Shown in pieces: positions 62,041-64,000 of a DNA stretch of 64,000 nucleotides. Below the pieces are notes generated by a model that was not told the origin of the DNA, did no database searches, and saw only the letters and a program-made list of their open reading frames with translations. Made by a program: the position numbers and the translations under genes. How positions within the stretch are numbered: position 1 is the first letter of the stretch; each line of letters opens with the position of its first letter. The DNA is from Leucoraja erinacea (lineage: Eukaryota): contig NC_073400.1 of NCBI RefSeq assembly GCF_028641065.1, positions 29,636,001 to 29,700,000 of the forward strand, written 5' to 3'.

Positions 62041-63405
62041 AGGTTTTGATAGGAAAGGTTTGTAGGGACAGGGGTCAAATGCAGACCTGGTTTTTATGCT
62101 GGTGCAGCCATAACGTTGCTGCCTTACATGGTATAACAGCGCCAGATAACCAGGTTCGATCCTGGCTACAGGTGCTTGTCTGTACATAGTCTGTACTTTC
62201 TCCCAGTGACCTGCATGGGTTTTCCCTGAGAACTTCAGTTTCCTCCCACACTCCAAAGACATACAGGTTTGTAGGTTAATTGGGTTGGTGTAAATGTAAA
62301 CATTTGTGTTGCTGTGCAGGGATCACTGGACGGTGCGGACACGGTGGGCCGGATGGTTTGTTTCCCCACTGTATCTCTAAACTAAACTAAACTAAAGAGG
62401 GACCAGCGTACATGGGACATCTTGATCAGCATTGGGCAAGCTGTTTCCCTGCTGTATCACTCTATGATTTTATGAATCACATCCTCAAACTCAGCTTTAC
62501 CCGGTCTCCGATGCTCAAGTATGTGAATTGTCTTTCAGGGAGTTTATCTGGTGACGCGAGTGGACTTATCTGATCGCGTTTGGCAATAGACAATAGACAA
62601 TAGGTGCAGCAGTAGACCATTTGGCCCTTCGAGACAGTATCACAATTCAATGTGATCATGGCTGATCATCCACAATCAGTACCCTGTTCCTGCCTTCTCC
62701 CCATATCCCTTGACTCCACTATCTTTAAGAGCCCTATCTAGCTCTCTCTTGAAAGCATCCAGAGAACCGGCCTCCACCGCTCTCTTAGGCAGAGAATTCC
62801 ACAGACTCACAACTCACTGAGTGATAAAGTGTTTCCTCATCTCCATTCCGTTGGTGTCTTTTTTCTTCTGGGTATTGTTTCAACAGATGAGAAGCTGAGG
62901 AAGGCTGGACAAATTAGTGACGTGCATTTTGAGGTGGGTAAACAGATCACAAGCTCGCACGTTCCAGGAGTAGAATTTGGCCATTCGGCCCATCCAGTCT
63001 ACTCTGCCATTCAAACATGGCTGGTCTCTGCCTCTTAATCCCATACAAGTTCAGACACAGTGTGCCCGCATTTGGGGGAGGGGCTTGAGGGGGTGGGCAA
63101 GGGAATGTTTGCGGTGGTGGACAGAGCGCCAGTCAAGTGGGCAAACGTCACCAGGATGAAGCAGAGCTTCGAGGAGATGCTCCAATCCAGGCAACTGGAG
63201 AGTGTTGCAGCTCACTCCTGATAGGGGCATTGTCCGTGGTGAGGAGGCTGGGGGAGGTGGTAAGTGAGTTACCAAGTTAAGTCTTGAACCACTGCAAAGT
63301 CATGTCCTGTTAAACGGAAATTGACTGTTTGACTTCAGTTGTGAAGAAGGAACAGGACAACTCAAACGCAGTGCAGGGACCAAACCGATCCAACGTAGTC
63401 GAGAC

Positions 63406-63502
63406 ATGGCGGTGGGACAGGGAGAATTCACCCACCAGAGATGGCCCAGATCCAGGGGAACAGTCGCTCTGTTGGTTCTTGTCGCTGTTGGTCTCACACC
63501 AG
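63406..63502 (+). CDS. Probable leader exon of a third gene (MAVGQGEFTHQRWPRSRGTVALLVLVAVGLTP), continuing beyond the window
   Basis: gacATGG context, hydrophobic stretch ending in CAG|GTAAA phase-1 donor as in the other leaders, in non-repeat sequence. Confidence 0.5.
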
Positions 63503-64000
63503 GTAAATCGGTGTTTTACAAAATGCTCTGTTCTTTAGAATTATTTACTAGCGCCTTGAATTATTTGTAACCACAGACCTCTCTGTACTGTGTGGGGAGC
63601 TGATGATGAATTGCTCAACACTCGTTAGTTCCTGTAGAGACTTCCATCAGCGGTTGTTGTCGTGTTGTGTGCAGCCAAGTCGGGAGATAACTATCTACAG
63701 CTTGCCTTGCCTTGTGGACCTCATTGAAACTTACTGAATAGTGAAAGGCCTGGATAGAGTGGATGGGGTGAAGATGTTTACACTAGTGGGAGACTCTAGG
63801 ACCAGAGGTCGCAGCCTCAGAATTAAAGGGCGTTGCTTTAGGAAGGAGATGAGGAGGAATTTTGTGAGACAGAAACTGTGAAATTCATTGCCACAGACTG
63901 TGGAGGCCATCAATAGGTATTTCTAAGGCTGAGATGGATAGATTCTTGATCAGTACTGGTGTCAGGAGACCTGGGGAAAAGGTAGGAGGATTTAGTTGAA

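Overview
Repeat-rich vertebrate DNA, very probably a cartilaginous fish (skate/ray-like), judged from HE1/V-SINE-type tRNA SINEs, CR1 LINE tails and Penelope-like repeats. It holds a + strand cluster of CD300/pIgR-family (CMRF35-like, MDIR-like) Ig V-type receptor genes, reconstructed here from splice sites and codon phases. Gene 1 (4867..25743, 6 coding exons, 253 aa) has one Ig V domain, an uncharged TM and a tail with VTYATV, TMYDNV and LEYSTI, so it looks inhibitory. An intact tRNA-Lys(TTT) gene lies in its 4th intron. Gene 2 (30410..58104) has the same exon plan, but its single leader and single stalk/TM/tail enclose FOUR near-identical, intact 321-nt phase-1/phase-1 Ig V exons on a young ~3.9-kb tandem repeat, and its last exon has lost the ITIM tyrosines. 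It could encode a 4-domain 565-aa receptor with pIgR-like architecture, or 1-4-domain splice variants. A probable third leader exon is at 63406..63502. The rest is SINE, CR1, Rex1, Tx1, Penelope and MITE debris, and most ORF-track ORFs are TE fragments or spurious. No database search was run: TE family names come from motif recognition and TE boundaries are approximate.
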